From NCBI RefSeq assembly GCF_013004595.1, contig NZ_JABEMC010000003.1, positions 124,001 through 188,000 on the forward strand: a DNA stretch of 64,000 nt, written 5' to 3'. This document shows, one piece after another, positions 18,494 to 31,543 of this stretch. Positions within the stretch are counted from its first letter, which is position 1. Each line of letters begins with the position of its first letter. The translations under genes were made by a program, and so were the position numbers. Under the pieces are notes generated by a model that did not search any database, had not been told where the DNA came from, and saw only the letters and a list, made by a program, of their open reading frames with translations. The stretch is from Brevibacterium luteolum (GTDB lineage Bacteria; Actinomycetota; Actinomycetes; Actinomycetales; Brevibacteriaceae).

Positions 18494-20068
18494 ATGAGCA
18501 CCTTTGTGATCGCCGCCACACTCCTACCTCTGGCGGCAAATGCGTCCATCGAAGAAAAGGTCGACGGCATCCTTGCTCCGTTCGTCGACCGTTTCGAAAC
18601 AGTCATCTTCTACCCCGTCTCAATCGGAGCAGTGTCCTTTCCGATCGTCGTCGCCTGGCTGATCATCGCAGCCTGCGTCTTCACCATCTACTTCGGCTTC
18701 ATCCAGTTCCGCGGATTCGGCGTCGCGCTCGAAGTCGTGCGCGGCAAGTTCTCCTCCAAGGACGACCCGGGTGAGGTCACCCACTTCCAGGCGCTGTCCT
18801 CGGCGGTCTCGGGCACCGTGGGCCTGGGCAACATCGCCGGTGTCGGTGCCGCGATCGCCATGGGCGGTCCGGGTGCCGCGTTCTGGATGGTCGTCGCCGG
18901 TATCCTCGGCATGGCCACGAAGTTCGTCGAGTGCACCCTGGGCGTCAAGTACCGCGAGATCGACCAGGACGGCGTTGTCCACGGTGGTCCGTTCAAGTAC
19001 CTGCCCATCGCCTTCAAGTTCCTGAGCCGCCCGGTCGCAAAGGCGCTGACCGGCGTCTTCGCCATCGCCATCCTGCTGTTCGGCGTCGCCGGCGGCGGTA
19101 TGTTCCAGGCCAACCAGACCGTCGTGCAGATGCAGAACTCCGCCGGCGGTGCCGACGGCCCGCTCGGCGACGGCATGGTCCGCCTCATCATCGGCATCGC
19201 CATCGCACTGCTCGTCGGCCTCGTCATCATCGGCGGCATCAAGTCGATCGGCAAGGTCACCGACAAGCTCGTTCCGGGCATGGCGATCTTCTACGTCGTC
19301 TCCTGCCTCATCGTCATCCTCGGCAACATCGGCTTCGTCCCGACCGCCATCGGCATCATCATCAGCGGCGCCTTCAGCCCTGAGGGCGTCGCCGGCGGTG
19401 TTGTCGGTGTCATGATCGTCGGCTTCCAGCGCTCGGCCTTCTCCAACGAGGCCGGCATCGGCTCGGCACCTATCGCCCACTCGGCGGTCAAGACCCGCCG
19501 CCCGGTCTCGGAGGGCTTCGTCGCCCTGCTCGAGCCGTTCCTCGACACCGTCATCGTCTGCCTCATGACCGCCCTGACGATCATCATCGCCAACCAGCCG
19601 TCCTACAGCGAGGCCATCGAGACCACCGCTGCCGGCGGCTCGGTCGACGGTGTCACCCTGGCTTCGGATGCGTTCTCGACCATCACCGGCTGGTGGCCGA
19701 TCCTGCTGACCGTCGCGGTTGTGCTTTTCGCCTTCTCCACCCTCATCACCTGGGCGTACTACGGCGAGAAGGCCTGGCACTTCCTGTTCGGTCGCCGCAA
19801 GTCCACCGACCTGGTCTACCGCCTCATCCTCATGGCGTTCATCGTCATCGGCTCGGTCGCCTCGTTCGGCAAGGTCATCGCCTTCGCTGACGCAGCACTG
19901 TTCATGTGTGCCTTCATCAACATCCTCGGCCTCTACATCCTCATGCCGGTCGTCAAGCGCGAGATGAAGCAGTACCTCGCCGACCGCAAGCACGGCAAGC
20001 TCTACGAGCTCGGTGCTGAGGACGAGGCGCACCTGGAGGAGATCCGTCAGGACCAGGGCCTGAAGTGA
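18494..20068 (+). CDS. Alanine/glycine:cation symporter (AGCS) family
   Basis: HFQAL, GTVGLGNIAGV, GGPGAAFWM, FSNEAGIGSAPIAH, FAFSTLITWAYYGE. Confidence 0.94.
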   Translation: MSTFVIAATLLPLAANASIEEKVDGILAPFVDRFETVIFYPVSIGAVSFPIVVAWLIIAACVFTIYFGFIQFRGFGVALEVVRGKFSSKDDPGEVTHFQALSSAVSGTVGLGNIAGVGAAIAMGGPGAAFWMVVAGILGMATKFVECTLGVKYREIDQDGVVHGGPFKYLPIAFKFLSRPVAKALTGVFAIAILLFGVAGGGMFQANQTVVQMQNSAGGADGPLGDGMVRLIIGIAIALLVGLVIIGGIKSIGKVTDKLVPGMAIFYVVSCLIVILGNIGFVPTAIGIIISGAFSPEGVAGGVVGVMIVGFQRSAFSNEAGIGSAPIAHSAVKTRRPVSEGFVALLEPFLDTVIVCLMTALTIIIANQPSYSEAIETTAAGGSVDGVTLASDAFSTITGWWPILLTVAVVLFAFSTLITWAYYGEKAWHFLFGRRKSTDLVYRLILMAFIVIGSVASFGKVIAFADAALFMCAFINILGLYILMPVVKREMKQYLADRKHGKLYELGAEDEAHLEEIRQDQGLK

Positions 20069-20117
20069 CCACCGCTTCGGCGCCGGTGAGCACCTGACCG
20101 GAACCGAGCCCGACCCC

Positions 20118-20154
20118 GAGCGCGGGAGGACAGCCAGCCTGTCCTCCCGCGCTC
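20118..20154 (+). terminator. 16-bp perfect hairpin after the symporter gene
   Basis: GAGCGCGGGAGGACAG-ccagc-CTGTCCTCCCGCGCTC. Confidence 0.65.
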
Positions 20155-20178
20155 ACGTCTATCCACTAATCTGAAGGC

Positions 20179-22503
20179 ATGGCGCATATGACTCCGCTGT
20201 ACGACCTCGCCGCCCGCTACGGCATCAGCCCGGTGACCCGCGATGATGACGGCACCCAGCGCCCCGTTCCCGAGGCGGTGCTCACCGGCCTGCTCGAAGC
20301 TCTCGGGGTGGCCGCCACCACCGACGACGACGTCGCCGCCAGCCTGCAGCAGCTCGCCGATGACGAGGTGCGCCGGGGACTGCCGCGCTGCGTGACGATG
20401 CGGGCAGGCGCACCCGAAGGCGTGCCGATCCACGTGCGCGAGGGAGCGCCCCACCAGCTGGTCACCGAGACCGAAGACGGCGCCGTGCTGCCGGTCGAGT
20501 TGATCGGCGAGGCGACCGCGACCACCTCGGTGATGGTCGACGGGACACCGCAGCTGCGTCAGTGCCGCACCGCCGTTCTGCCCGAAGGGCTGCCGACCGG
20601 CTACCACACCCTCGTGCTCACCGACGGCGACGCCGAGCACCGCTGCCCGCTCATCGTCGCCCCCGCCGCCACACCCGGTCCCGGCAGCCGTGCAGGGCAG
20701 GCCGGGGATGCCCGCGAGCGGATGTGGGGCCTGTGCGCTGACCTCTACGCGATCCGGTCCCACCGCTCCTGGGGAGTCGGGGACTTCGGCGACCTCAGCG
20801 ACCTCGTCATCGCCGCCGCCGACCGCGGTGCCGACTTCATCCGACTGGGTCCCATCCACGCACTGCCGATCCGCGAGACCAACGTCAAGAGCTCGAAGGC
20901 CAGCCCACTGGGCACCCCATCTCCCTACGTGCCCTCCAGCCGGGTGGCGATCGACCCGATCTACCTGCGCATCGAAGACGTCCCGGAGATCGGCCACGTT
21001 CCCGCCGCCCAGCGCGAGGCGATCCAGTCACTCGGCCGCGGCTGGGGCCGGCCGAATGCTGCCGCCGAGCCGATCCCGCGCGCCAAGGTGCTCGGCGACA
21101 AGCTCGCCGCCCTGCGCATCCTCTACAGCATGCCCCCGACGCCGACGCGGCGCCGGCTGTTCGCCGACTTCTGCCGGCAGGCCCCGGAGTCGCTCAAACG
21201 CTGGGCGCTCATGAGCGCGGCAGCCGCCCACTACGCCACCGGGCGGAACCCGGATGCGTGGCGGGAGAAGATGCCGCACCCGCACAGCAGGAAAGCCGCG
21301 GAGTTCTCCGAAGAGCACCGCACCGATGTCGAGTTCTGGCTGTGGACCCAGTTCCTGGCCGTCGAACAGCTGCGCCAGGTCAAGGCTGTGGCCGCACAGG
21401 TCGGCATGCGGGTCGGGCTCATCACCGACATCGCCCCGGGCATCAGCGCCGAGGGCGGAGACTGGTGGGCGGGCCTGCCCGGCGAGGACGCCGACTCCGG
21501 CGGTCAGAGCCTGTACCTCGACGGCATCGAACGCCGCGACGGCTCGGCCTCCAGCGGCGATGCCGCCCTGCGCCCGTGGAATCCGCATCTGCTCGCCGCA
21601 GACGGCTACACCGCGGTGCGCGACATGCTGCGCACCGCCGCGGCCGGAGCCGGGGCGATCAGCATCGAGCGCTTCTCCAGCCTCGGCCGGCAGCGGTGGG
21701 CCGTCACCGACGCCGAGGAAGATGCCTGGGCCGAAGTGGACCTCGGGAGCGAGGCGATCGATGCGGTGCTCGCCCTCGAATCCGAACGCCTCGGCCTTGA
21801 CATCCTTTCAACCACCTCGGTGTGGGAGGACCCCGAGCTGCGCCACAGCTTCGCTGACGGGACCGCGCCGGTTGAGACGATCGCCGTGCTCACCCCGCCG
21901 ACCCACACACCGCTGGCCAGCTACATCAACCTCGGCGACATCGAGGCCGCGCAGAAGCACAAGGCCCTCGACGGCGACGTCCACCAGCTCACCAGCGACG
22001 CCCGCACTGCCCGCCAGGAGGTGCTCAAGGAAGCCGCCGAACTCGGTGCGCTGGCCCCGACCGAGACGATGGTCGGCACGATCGACGAACCCTGGCCGGT
22101 CGTCGCCGGGCTGCACACCTACCTCGGACAGCTCAACGCCGCCTACCTCGGAGCCTCCCTCATGGATATCGTCGGCCAGGAGGCCCCGCCGCACATTCCG
22201 GGCGCGGGGGAGTCCCACCCGAACTGGTCGGTGGTGCTCCAGGACGCGAACGCCCAAGCGGTCCTCATCGAGGAACTCGACCAGCATCCCGGCTTCGCCC
22301 AGATCGCGAACACGCTGAGCGAACAGGTCTCCGGCGGCCTTAGGCTGGAGGCCACCGAGCCGGCCGCCGGCTTCGCCGCAGACACCGGTTCGACGGCCGC
22401 CGACGAACTCCAGGCCGATGCCGGAGAGGGCGCATCGGGCAGCGAACGGCAGACCACCGGCTCGACAGCTGCCAGCGCCCGCACCCGTGAGGAGGACAGA
22501 TGA
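20179..22503 (+). CDS. malQ: 4-alpha-glucanotransferase (GH77/MalQ)-like protein with degenerate catalytic motifs
   Basis: LPTGYH, WGLCADLYAIRSHRSWGVGDFGDL, PSPYVPSSR, GLITDIAPG and PNW are present. RIDH, GEDLG and THD motifs are not recognisable. Confidence 0.75.
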   Translation: MAHMTPLYDLAARYGISPVTRDDDGTQRPVPEAVLTGLLEALGVAATTDDDVAASLQQLADDEVRRGLPRCVTMRAGAPEGVPIHVREGAPHQLVTETEDGAVLPVELIGEATATTSVMVDGTPQLRQCRTAVLPEGLPTGYHTLVLTDGDAEHRCPLIVAPAATPGPGSRAGQAGDARERMWGLCADLYAIRSHRSWGVGDFGDLSDLVIAAADRGADFIRLGPIHALPIRETNVKSSKASPLGTPSPYVPSSRVAIDPIYLRIEDVPEIGHVPAAQREAIQSLGRGWGRPNAAAEPIPRAKVLGDKLAALRILYSMPPTPTRRRLFADFCRQAPESLKRWALMSAAAAHYATGRNPDAWREKMPHPHSRKAAEFSEEHRTDVEFWLWTQFLAVEQLRQVKAVAAQVGMRVGLITDIAPGISAEGGDWWAGLPGEDADSGGQSLYLDGIERRDGSASSGDAALRPWNPHLLAADGYTAVRDMLRTAAAGAGAISIERFSSLGRQRWAVTDAEEDAWAEVDLGSEAIDAVLALESERLGLDILSTTSVWEDPELRHSFADGTAPVETIAVLTPPTHTPLASYINLGDIEAAQKHKALDGDVHQLTSDARTARQEVLKEAAELGALAPTETMVGTIDEPWPVVAGLHTYLGQLNAAYLGASLMDIVGQEAPPHIPGAGESHPNWSVVLQDANAQAVLIEELDQHPGFAQIANTLSEQVSGGLRLEATEPAAGFAADTGSTAADELQADAGEGASGSERQTTGSTAASARTREEDR

Positions 22504-22868
22504 CCAGCGAATCCGCGAATGCGCAGTCAGCCGGCAGCGCGACCGGTGTGCCGGCAGACGCCCACGCCGAGGCGCCTGCGGAGCTCACGCGACTGCGCAA
22601 CAGCATCGACAACGTCGACGCCGCGCTCATCCACATCCTCGCCGAACGGTTCAAGCTCACCGAAGCCGTCGGCCGGCTCAAAGCCAGCAGCGACTTGCCG
22701 CCCGCCGACCCGGCACGTGAGGCCCGGCAGGTCGAACGGCTGCGCTCCCTGGCCGAGGAGAGCCACCTCGATCCCGAATTCGCTGAGAAGTTCCTCACAT
22801 TCATCGTCGCCGAGGTCATCCGCCACCATGAGCGGATCGCCGAGGAGAACCGCGACAGCTCAGCCTGA
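22500..22868 (+). CDS. Chorismate mutase (AroQ type II)
   Basis: RLRNSIDNVDAALIHILAERF, VGRLKA, DPARE. GAGGAGG RBS; ATGA overlap with the malQ-like gene. Confidence 0.92.
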   Translation: MTSESANAQSAGSATGVPADAHAEAPAELTRLRNSIDNVDAALIHILAERFKLTEAVGRLKASSDLPPADPAREARQVERLRSLAEESHLDPEFAEKFLTFIVAEVIRHHERIAEENRDSSA

Positions 22869-22926
22869 GCCGGTGCGGCGCCGGCTGCCAGGGGAGAGGC
22901 GTCGGTGACAGGGCCGCCCGGCTGCT

Positions 22927-22955
22927 TTGAATCCGGTGGCCAGGCGCGCTAGACT
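22927..22955 (+). promoter_or_regulatory. SigA-type promoter for rplU-rpmA
   Basis: TTGAAT-17 bp-TAGACT. Confidence 0.6.
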
Positions 22956-23126
22956 GTTGCGTCGGTGCAGAAAGCACCACGGTCGATCCTTCCTCTCAAT
23001 GGGTCGGATCCTCCTGCCGGTTGCCGCGCAGCCTGCAGAAGGAGACGGACCAAGGAAGTATTGCCGTTTAGGGAAGTCGCCGCAGCATCCGGCTGGGCGC
23101 GCAGAATGCTAAGAAGGGGTTCGCAC

Positions 23127-23435
23127 ATGGTCTATGCCATCGTCCGTGCCGGCGGCCATCAGGAGAAGGTCAGCGTCGGCGATATCATCACCGTCAACCG
23201 TATGAAGGCCGCAGCAGGCGACAACGTCGAACTCGAAGCAGTTCTGCACGTCGACGGCGACACCGTCACCCACGACTCTGACTCGCTTGCCAAGATCACC
23301 GTGACCGCCGAGGTCGTCGACGAGACCCGCGGACCGAAGATCGTCATCCAGAAGTACAAGAACAAGACTGGATACAAGAAGCGGATCGGTCACCGCCAGG
23401 ATCTCACCCGCCTGAAGATCACCGGTATCAAGTAA
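23127..23435 (+). CDS. rplU: 50S ribosomal protein L21
   Basis: [19 protein letters not shown]...[18 protein letters not shown]. Confidence 0.97.
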   Translation: MVYAIVRAGGHQEKVSVGDIITVNRMKAAAGDNVELEAVLHVDGDTVTHDSDSLAKITVTAEVVDETRGPKIVIQKYKNKTGYKKRIGHRQDLTRLKITGIK

Positions 23436-23465
23436 GCACACCCAGCTCTTTCTAGGAGACACACT

Positions 23466-23717
23466 ATGGCAACGAAAAAGGGAGCGAGCTCGACCAAGAA
23501 CGGTCGCGACTCAAACGCCCAGCGACTGGGTGTCAAGCGCTTCGGCGGCCAGACCGTCAACGCCGGCGAGATCCTCGTCCGTCAGCGCGGCACCCGTTTC
23601 CACCCGGGCGCCAATGTCGGCAAGGGCGGCGACGACACGCTGTTCGCCCTCTCGGCAGGCACCGTTGAGTTCGGCGCAAAGGGCGGCCGCAAGGTCGTCA
23701 ACATCGTCGCCGGCTGA
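23466..23717 (+). CDS. rpmA: 50S ribosomal protein L27
   Basis: [29 protein letters not shown]...RQRGT. Confidence 0.98.
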   Translation: MATKKGASSTKNGRDSNAQRLGVKRFGGQTVNAGEILVRQRGTRFHPGANVGKGGDDTLFALSAGTVEFGAKGGRKVVNIVAG

Positions 23718-23771
23718 TAACAGACATTCCGGCAGCCCAGCTGCCAGCTCACCACGACGGTGAGCGCACGG

Positions 23772-23801
23772 AGGGGTGAGTCCGCACGGACTCACCCCTT
23801 T
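23772..23801 (+). terminator. Intrinsic terminator after rpmA
   Basis: AGGGGTGAGTCC-gcac-GGACTCACCCCT followed by TT. Confidence 0.75.
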
Positions 23802-23937
23802 GCGCATCTCCCGCTCCGTTCGCCCCGCGGGTGCACCACCCACCGCGACGCTGCGCCCGCTAGGCTTGAGCGGGCAACAGCACAGTCGTGCCAGCACTCA
23901 GACCAGGCACCACAGCTAGTCGGCAACCACAGGATGA

Positions 23938-26636
<2,699 letters not shown>

Positions 26637-26648
26637 AAAGCACTGACC

Positions 26649-27944
26649 ATGACGGAAACTGCGACTTCTGAGATCCATCCCAAGACCGTGCGCGCGGTCA
26701 CCCGCATCGCCAAGAGCGCCAAGGATGCCTCCACCGAGCTGGCCACCACCTCGACTGCGGTGAAGAACGCCGCGCTCGAGGCGATCGCCCGGACACTGGA
26801 GGAGAACACCGCTGACATTCTGCTGGCCAACGCAGAGGACCTGGAGATGGCGGAGAAGAAGGGCACGGCTGAGGCACTGCTCGACCGGCTGCGGCTGACC
26901 GAGGAGCGCATCGCCGACATCGCCGGTGCCGTACGCGATGTCATCGCGCTCGACGATCCGGTCGGCACCGTCATCCAGGGGCGCACCCTGCTCAACGGCA
27001 TCCAGCTGACCGAACAGCGCGTGCCGATGGGCGTCATCGGCGCGATCTACGAAGCCCGCCCGAACGTCACCGTCGACATCGCCGCCCTGGCGATCAAGGC
27101 CGGCAACGCCGTCGTGCTGCGCGGCGGCTCGGCAGCCAAGTCCTCCAATACGCTGCTCATCGAACTGCTGCGCACAGCGGTCGAGAGCACGGGTCTGCGG
27201 GCAGCGACCGTCGCCGGCATCGATGAGTACGGCCGTGACGGCGCGAAGGTGCTCATGCAGTCGCGTGACTTCGTCGACCTGCTCATTCCGCGCGGCGGTG
27301 CCGAGCTCATCTCCACCGTTGTTCACGAGTCGATCGTGCCGGTCATCGAGACCGGGGTCGGCAATGTGCACATGTTCCTCGACGCCTCGGCCACGGCGCG
27401 GCAGTCCACCGACCTGGTCGTCAACTCCAAGACCCACCGGCCGAGCGTGTGCAACGCCCTGGAGACCCTACTGGTGCATGAGAAGGCCGCCCGGCGCGTG
27501 CTGCCGAAGATCCTCGGCGAACTCGACGCCCACGGCGTGACGATCCACGCTGGTTCCGATGTTGGTGAACACGCACCTGAGGGCGTCAAGGTCCGGCGGG
27601 TCTCGCGCCGTGACTGGGCCAAGGAGTACCTCGGCCTGGAGATCGCCGTCAAGCTCGTCTCCAGCCTGGACGAGGCCATCGAGCACATCCGCGCCTACAC
27701 CTCCGGCCACACCGAGGTCATCGTCACCAACGACATCTCCAACGCCGACGCCTTCGTCGGTGCCGTCGATGCCGCCGCTGTCGGCGTCAACGTCTCAACC
27801 CGGTTCACCGACGGCGGGCAGTTCGGCCTCGGAGCGGAGGTCGGCATCTCGACGCAGAAGCTGCACGCGCGCGGGCCGATGGGTCTGACCCACCTGACGA
27901 CGAGCAAGTGGATCATGCGCGGCAGCGGACAGCTGCGCACCTGA
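26649..27944 (+). CDS. proA: Gamma-glutamyl phosphate reductase
   Basis: IYEARPNVT, IPRGG, SVCNALETLL, STRFTDG, GISTQKLHARGPMGL. Confidence 0.97.
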   Translation: MTETATSEIHPKTVRAVTRIAKSAKDASTELATTSTAVKNAALEAIARTLEENTADILLANAEDLEMAEKKGTAEALLDRLRLTEERIADIAGAVRDVIALDDPVGTVIQGRTLLNGIQLTEQRVPMGVIGAIYEARPNVTVDIAALAIKAGNAVVLRGGSAAKSSNTLLIELLRTAVESTGLRAATVAGIDEYGRDGAKVLMQSRDFVDLLIPRGGAELISTVVHESIVPVIETGVGNVHMFLDASATARQSTDLVVNSKTHRPSVCNALETLLVHEKAARRVLPKILGELDAHGVTIHAGSDVGEHAPEGVKVRRVSRRDWAKEYLGLEIAVKLVSSLDEAIEHIRAYTSGHTEVIVTNDISNADAFVGAVDAAAVGVNVSTRFTDGGQFGLGAEVGISTQKLHARGPMGLTHLTTSKWIMRGSGQLRT

Positions 27945-28061
27945 ACCGACGGTCAGCCACGCCGCGCCCCGGGTGCGCGCTGACCTGCATTTCATGAGAA
28001 ACTGGTGATGACTGTCGCGCCCGCGCGTCAGCCGACACCATCTGACACAAGGAGAAACTGA

Positions 28062-28220
28062 GTGAAGACCGCCATCCTGCTCGCCCAGGCAGCACCTGAG
28101 CACCATGTCGTGATCGACCTGCCGATGGACCCGATCTACTTCGGCCTCATCGCATTCGGCATCCTGATGTTCCTCATGTTCGTCACGATGTCGTGGAAGG
28201 GCATCTCGCACCGCCACTGA
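28062..28220 (+). CDS. Small (52 aa) single-TM protein upstream of nadD, not in the ORF track
   Basis: AAGGAG RBS, GTG start; [52 protein letters not shown]. High-GC3 codons; stop is 1 nt before the nadD ATG. Confidence 0.8.
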   Translation: MKTAILLAQAAPEHHVVIDLPMDPIYFGLIAFGILMFLMFVTMSWKGISHRH

Positions 28221-28221
28221 C

Positions 28222-28821
28222 ATGTCATCAGGTCCGCGCAGAGTCGGTGTCATGGGTGGCACCTTCGACCCCATTCACAACGGTCACCTGGTCGCCGCCA
28301 GCGAGGTGGCGGCCACGTTCGACCTCGATGAGGTCGTGTTCGTACCCACCGGCATCCCGTATCAGAAGCAGCACGTCACCGCTGCTGAGCACCGTTACCT
28401 CATGACGGTCATCGCGACCGCCTCGAATCCGCGGTTCACCGTCTCCCGGGTCGACATCGATCGGCCTGGGGAGACGTACACCATCGACACGCTGCGCGAT
28501 CTTGCTGAGGTGTATGGTGAAGAAACCGAGCTGTACTTCATCACCGGCGCCGACGCGGTCGAGCAGATCCTGACGTGGAAAGACGTCGAGGAGCTGTTCT
28601 CGCTGGCTCACTTCGTCGGCGTCACCCGGCCAGGACACGACCTCAACGGCGATGGCCTCCCGACCGATGAGCTGAGCCAACTGCAGATCCCGGCCCTGGC
28701 GATCTCCTCGACCGACTGCCGGGCACGTGTGGAGAGGGGCCTGCCGGTCTGGTACCTGGTGCCCGATGGTGTCGTGCAGTACATCGCAAAGCACGAGCTG
28801 TACAGGAGTGAGGATGGCTGA
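28222..28821 (+). CDS. nadD: Nicotinate-nucleotide adenylyltransferase
   Basis: [33 protein letters not shown]. Confidence 0.97.
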   Translation: MSSGPRRVGVMGGTFDPIHNGHLVAASEVAATFDLDEVVFVPTGIPYQKQHVTAAEHRYLMTVIATASNPRFTVSRVDIDRPGETYTIDTLRDLAEVYGEETELYFITGADAVEQILTWKDVEELFSLAHFVGVTRPGHDLNGDGLPTDELSQLQIPALAISSTDCRARVERGLPVWYLVPDGVVQYIAKHELYRSEDG

Positions 28822-30457
28822 CGAGTTCATGTCCCGCAAGGCGCGCCGCGAAGCAGAGCGGCGCGCCGCCGAGCAGGCTTTCGAAGCCCGGCAGAGCAGC
28901 GGACAGCCCGGGCAGCCTCCGGCAGACACGACGCCGGTACAGCAGACCCAGGAGCCTGCCGCCCAGCCGGCAGCCGGGCAGCAAGCCATCCCGTCCTTCG
29001 ACGCCGCCGAGGTGCCGCCGGTGCGCCACGAGCGCGGTCCGCTGGCAGCCGACCGGCCGGTCGAAGAAGCACCCCCGCAGACCGCAGCCAACCGCCGCCG
29101 CTACGACGACGCCTCGGCACCGGTGCGCGAAGCCGAACGGCAGCGGCGGCAGCCGCAGCAGAGCCAGCCGGTTCAGCAGCACGCGGCTGCGCAGCCGCAG
29201 GTGCAGGAAATCCAGTCGACACCCTCACCCTCACAGCCGGTGCCCTCACCGCCAAAGCCCGAGCACGCACCGCCTCCCTCAGCAACAGACCTACCGGCAT
29301 TCGCCACCCGCGCCGAACGACGCCGCTACCTGCGTGAGCATGGCCTCGTGCCCGCACCGGCCGACGCCGCCACCGGTGAGAGCGCCGCCGGCACCGGTGA
29401 GAGCGCCGCCGGCACCGGTGAGAACACCGGCGGCACCGGACCGACCGCACAGGACAACCCGGCAGCAGCGAGCGATGACACCGAGCAGGCTGCGGCGATG
29501 ACTCCGCGTCCACCGGCCCCGCCGGTCGAGGAGCGCAGCGCAGCCGCAGACCAGCGTCCGTACCCCTCGGCTCCGGCCCGGCAGGCCACGGCGAGCAATC
29601 TCGCCGGCGACCTCAGCGACGACGTCGCAGACGAGCGCCCGCACACCATGAGCCCCGGTGCCTATGCCACGAGCCAGCCAGGCACCCCTGCGGCCCCGGG
29701 TCAAGGATCCGGCGGGATGCCCGTCGAGCACATCGGCACGCAGCGCATGTCGCCAGAAGCCAGGCCCGATGCGGTCGTCGCCTCCCCGCCGGCTGCCACC
29801 CAGCCAGCCGCCTCACCGCTGCCCTCAGCCCGGCCGATGCCCACGCCGTCTGCCCAGCAGACCGCAGCACCCGAACGGGCCGCCACAGCAACCCCGGTGC
29901 CCGAGCATGCCCGCCCGGTCGCCGGCACGACCCCGCCGACGGCAGGAGATGCGGACCTCACAGCACGACGCCAGCGCCGCGCACCGGTCGTCAAGCCCCC
30001 GCAGACAGAGGGCATCCGCGTCGTCACCGGCGCCACCCAGCTCGCCCGCACCCAAGCGGCGATCGACGAGGCCCGGCGCGCCGACGACGCCCAGACGCCC
30101 ACCGCCTCGGGTACGGCCGCCGGCACCCAGACCGACCCCAGCGCCGAACCCGACGACCACGCACTGCGGCTGCGCGCCTCCGGCCCGATGACCACCCCGA
30201 TCGACGCGATCCCGCAGGAGGACCTCGACAAGGAGGTCGAAGGCGACGCCGTCGAATCGTGGGACGCCCCGGATGCCGGGGAGGGAGATGAACTCGCCAG
30301 CCCGCCGGCCCCGCCGATGAGCGCGCGCCAGATCACTCACGAAGACGGCGACATCCTCTACGACGGCGAGCCGTCGAAGCTGCCGTTCATCGTGCTGGGA
30401 GGCGCAGGAGTCGCCGCACTCATCCTCATCATCTTCGCCCTCATCCTCATCTTCTGA
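28814..30457 (+). CDS. Pro/Ala/Gln-rich disordered protein with C-terminal membrane anchor
   Basis: ATG 28814 overlaps the nadD end, preceded by AGGAG/GAGG. Low complexity; ends in [25 protein letters not shown]. Confidence 0.75.
   Translation: MADEFMSRKARREAERRAAEQAFEARQSSGQPGQPPADTTPVQQTQEPAAQPAAGQQAIPSFDAAEVPPVRHERGPLAADRPVEEAPPQTAANRRRYDDASAPVREAERQRRQPQQSQPVQQHAAAQPQVQEIQSTPSPSQPVPSPPKPEHAPPPSATDLPAFATRAERRRYLREHGLVPAPADAATGESAAGTGESAAGTGENTGGTGPTAQDNPAAASDDTEQAAAMTPRPPAPPVEERSAAADQRPYPSAPARQATASNLAGDLSDDVADERPHTMSPGAYATSQPGTPAAPGQGSGGMPVEHIGTQRMSPEARPDAVVASPPAATQPAASPLPSARPMPTPSAQQTAAPERAATATPVPEHARPVAGTTPPTAGDADLTARRQRRAPVVKPPQTEGIRVVTGATQLARTQAAIDEARRADDAQTPTASGTAAGTQTDPSAEPDDHALRLRASGPMTTPIDAIPQEDLDKEVEGDAVESWDAPDAGEGDELASPPAPPMSARQITHEDGDILYDGEPSKLPFIVLGGAGVAALILIIFALILIF
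29371..29433 (+). repeat. 21-bp in-frame tandem repeat (about 3 copies)
   Basis: CACCGGTGAGAGCGCCGCCGG twice plus a degenerate third copy; encodes [21 protein letters not shown]. Confidence 0.85.
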
Positions 30458-30483
30458 GGTCTCCTCGCAACGAAAGGAACTGC

Positions 30484-30897
30484 GTGACGGCTACCGACCA
30501 CGCGATCGCACTGGCCCGGACTGCTGGGCAGGCCGCCGCCGACAAGCTCGGCACCGACATCGTCGCCCTCGACGTCAGCGAGCAGCTCTACCTCACCGAC
30601 ATCTTCCTCATCGCCTCCGTGTCCAATGAGCGGCAGGCCGGAGCCGTCATCGACGCCGTCGAAGAGGCGCTGCGCACAACCTACGACGCCAAGCCGACCC
30701 GGCGCGAGGGCAAGGGCTCCTCCGGCTGGTCGCTCATCGACTTCGGCGATGTCGTCGTCCACGTCTTCACCGCCGAGGACCGGCAGTTCTACGCACTTGA
30801 GAGCCTGTGGAAGGACTGCCCGGTTATCCAACTCGACATCGACGCAGACACCGACGAGGCAGCGGCTGATGAGCCGGCGGCAGGGGAGCAGGCCTGA
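30484..30897 (+). CDS. rsfS: Ribosome silencing factor
   Basis: AAADKLGTDIVALDVS, TDIFLIAS, NERQ, WSLIDFGDVVVHVF, RQFYALESLW. Confidence 0.95.
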   Translation: MTATDHAIALARTAGQAAADKLGTDIVALDVSEQLYLTDIFLIASVSNERQAGAVIDAVEEALRTTYDAKPTRREGKGSSGWSLIDFGDVVVHVFTAEDRQFYALESLWKDCPVIQLDIDADTDEAAADEPAAGEQA

Positions 30898-31514
30898 TGG
30901 TCCAGGCGCTGTACTTCGTCCGCCACGGCGAGACCGACTACAACCGCGAGGGCCGCTTCCAGGGCCACGCCGACATCCCGCTCAACGCCCGCGGCCTTGA
31001 GCAGGCGGCAGCCGTCGCCGCTGAGCTGGCCGGCCACGACATCCGCACGATCGTCTCCTCCGATCTCTCCCGTGCCCGCGAGACCGCTGATGCGATCGCC
31101 GAAGCCCTCGGCGTCGAGGTCAAGGAGAACCCGCTGCTGCGCGAACTCAACGTCGGCGACTGGCAGGCCAAGACCCGCCAGGAGATCAGCGAGATCTGGC
31201 CCGAGCAACTCGCTGCCTGGCTCGGCGGCCAGGACATGCGCCCACCCGGGGGCGAGAGCCGCAGCGAATCAGCCAGCCGCGTCGTGCAGGCGATCCGATC
31301 CCTCGTCGCAGAGATCGGCGAGGTCGACGGAGCGATCGCCATCGTCGCCCACGGTGCCGTGCTGCGCGGGGCTGCCGAGGAACTCCTCGGCATGGGCGCC
31401 GGCAGCGGCAGCCTCGGCGTGCTCGGCAACTGCGCCTACGGCGTGCTCACCCCGCGCCGGGATGCGTGGGTGCTTCGCAGCTGGGGGATGAGCGCCACCG
31501 ACACCCCAGCCTGA
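30897..31514 (+). CDS. Histidine phosphatase (phosphoglycerate mutase-like) family
   Basis: VRHGETDYN, SSDLSRARETA, LRE, VAHG. Confidence 0.92.
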   Translation: MVQALYFVRHGETDYNREGRFQGHADIPLNARGLEQAAAVAAELAGHDIRTIVSSDLSRARETADAIAEALGVEVKENPLLRELNVGDWQAKTRQEISEIWPEQLAAWLGGQDMRPPGGESRSESASRVVQAIRSLVAEIGEVDGAIAIVAHGAVLRGAAEELLGMGAGSGSLGVLGNCAYGVLTPRRDAWVLRSWGMSATDTPA

Positions 31515-31543
31515 GGCGTGCCGACCGGCTCAGCCGGCCGGTG

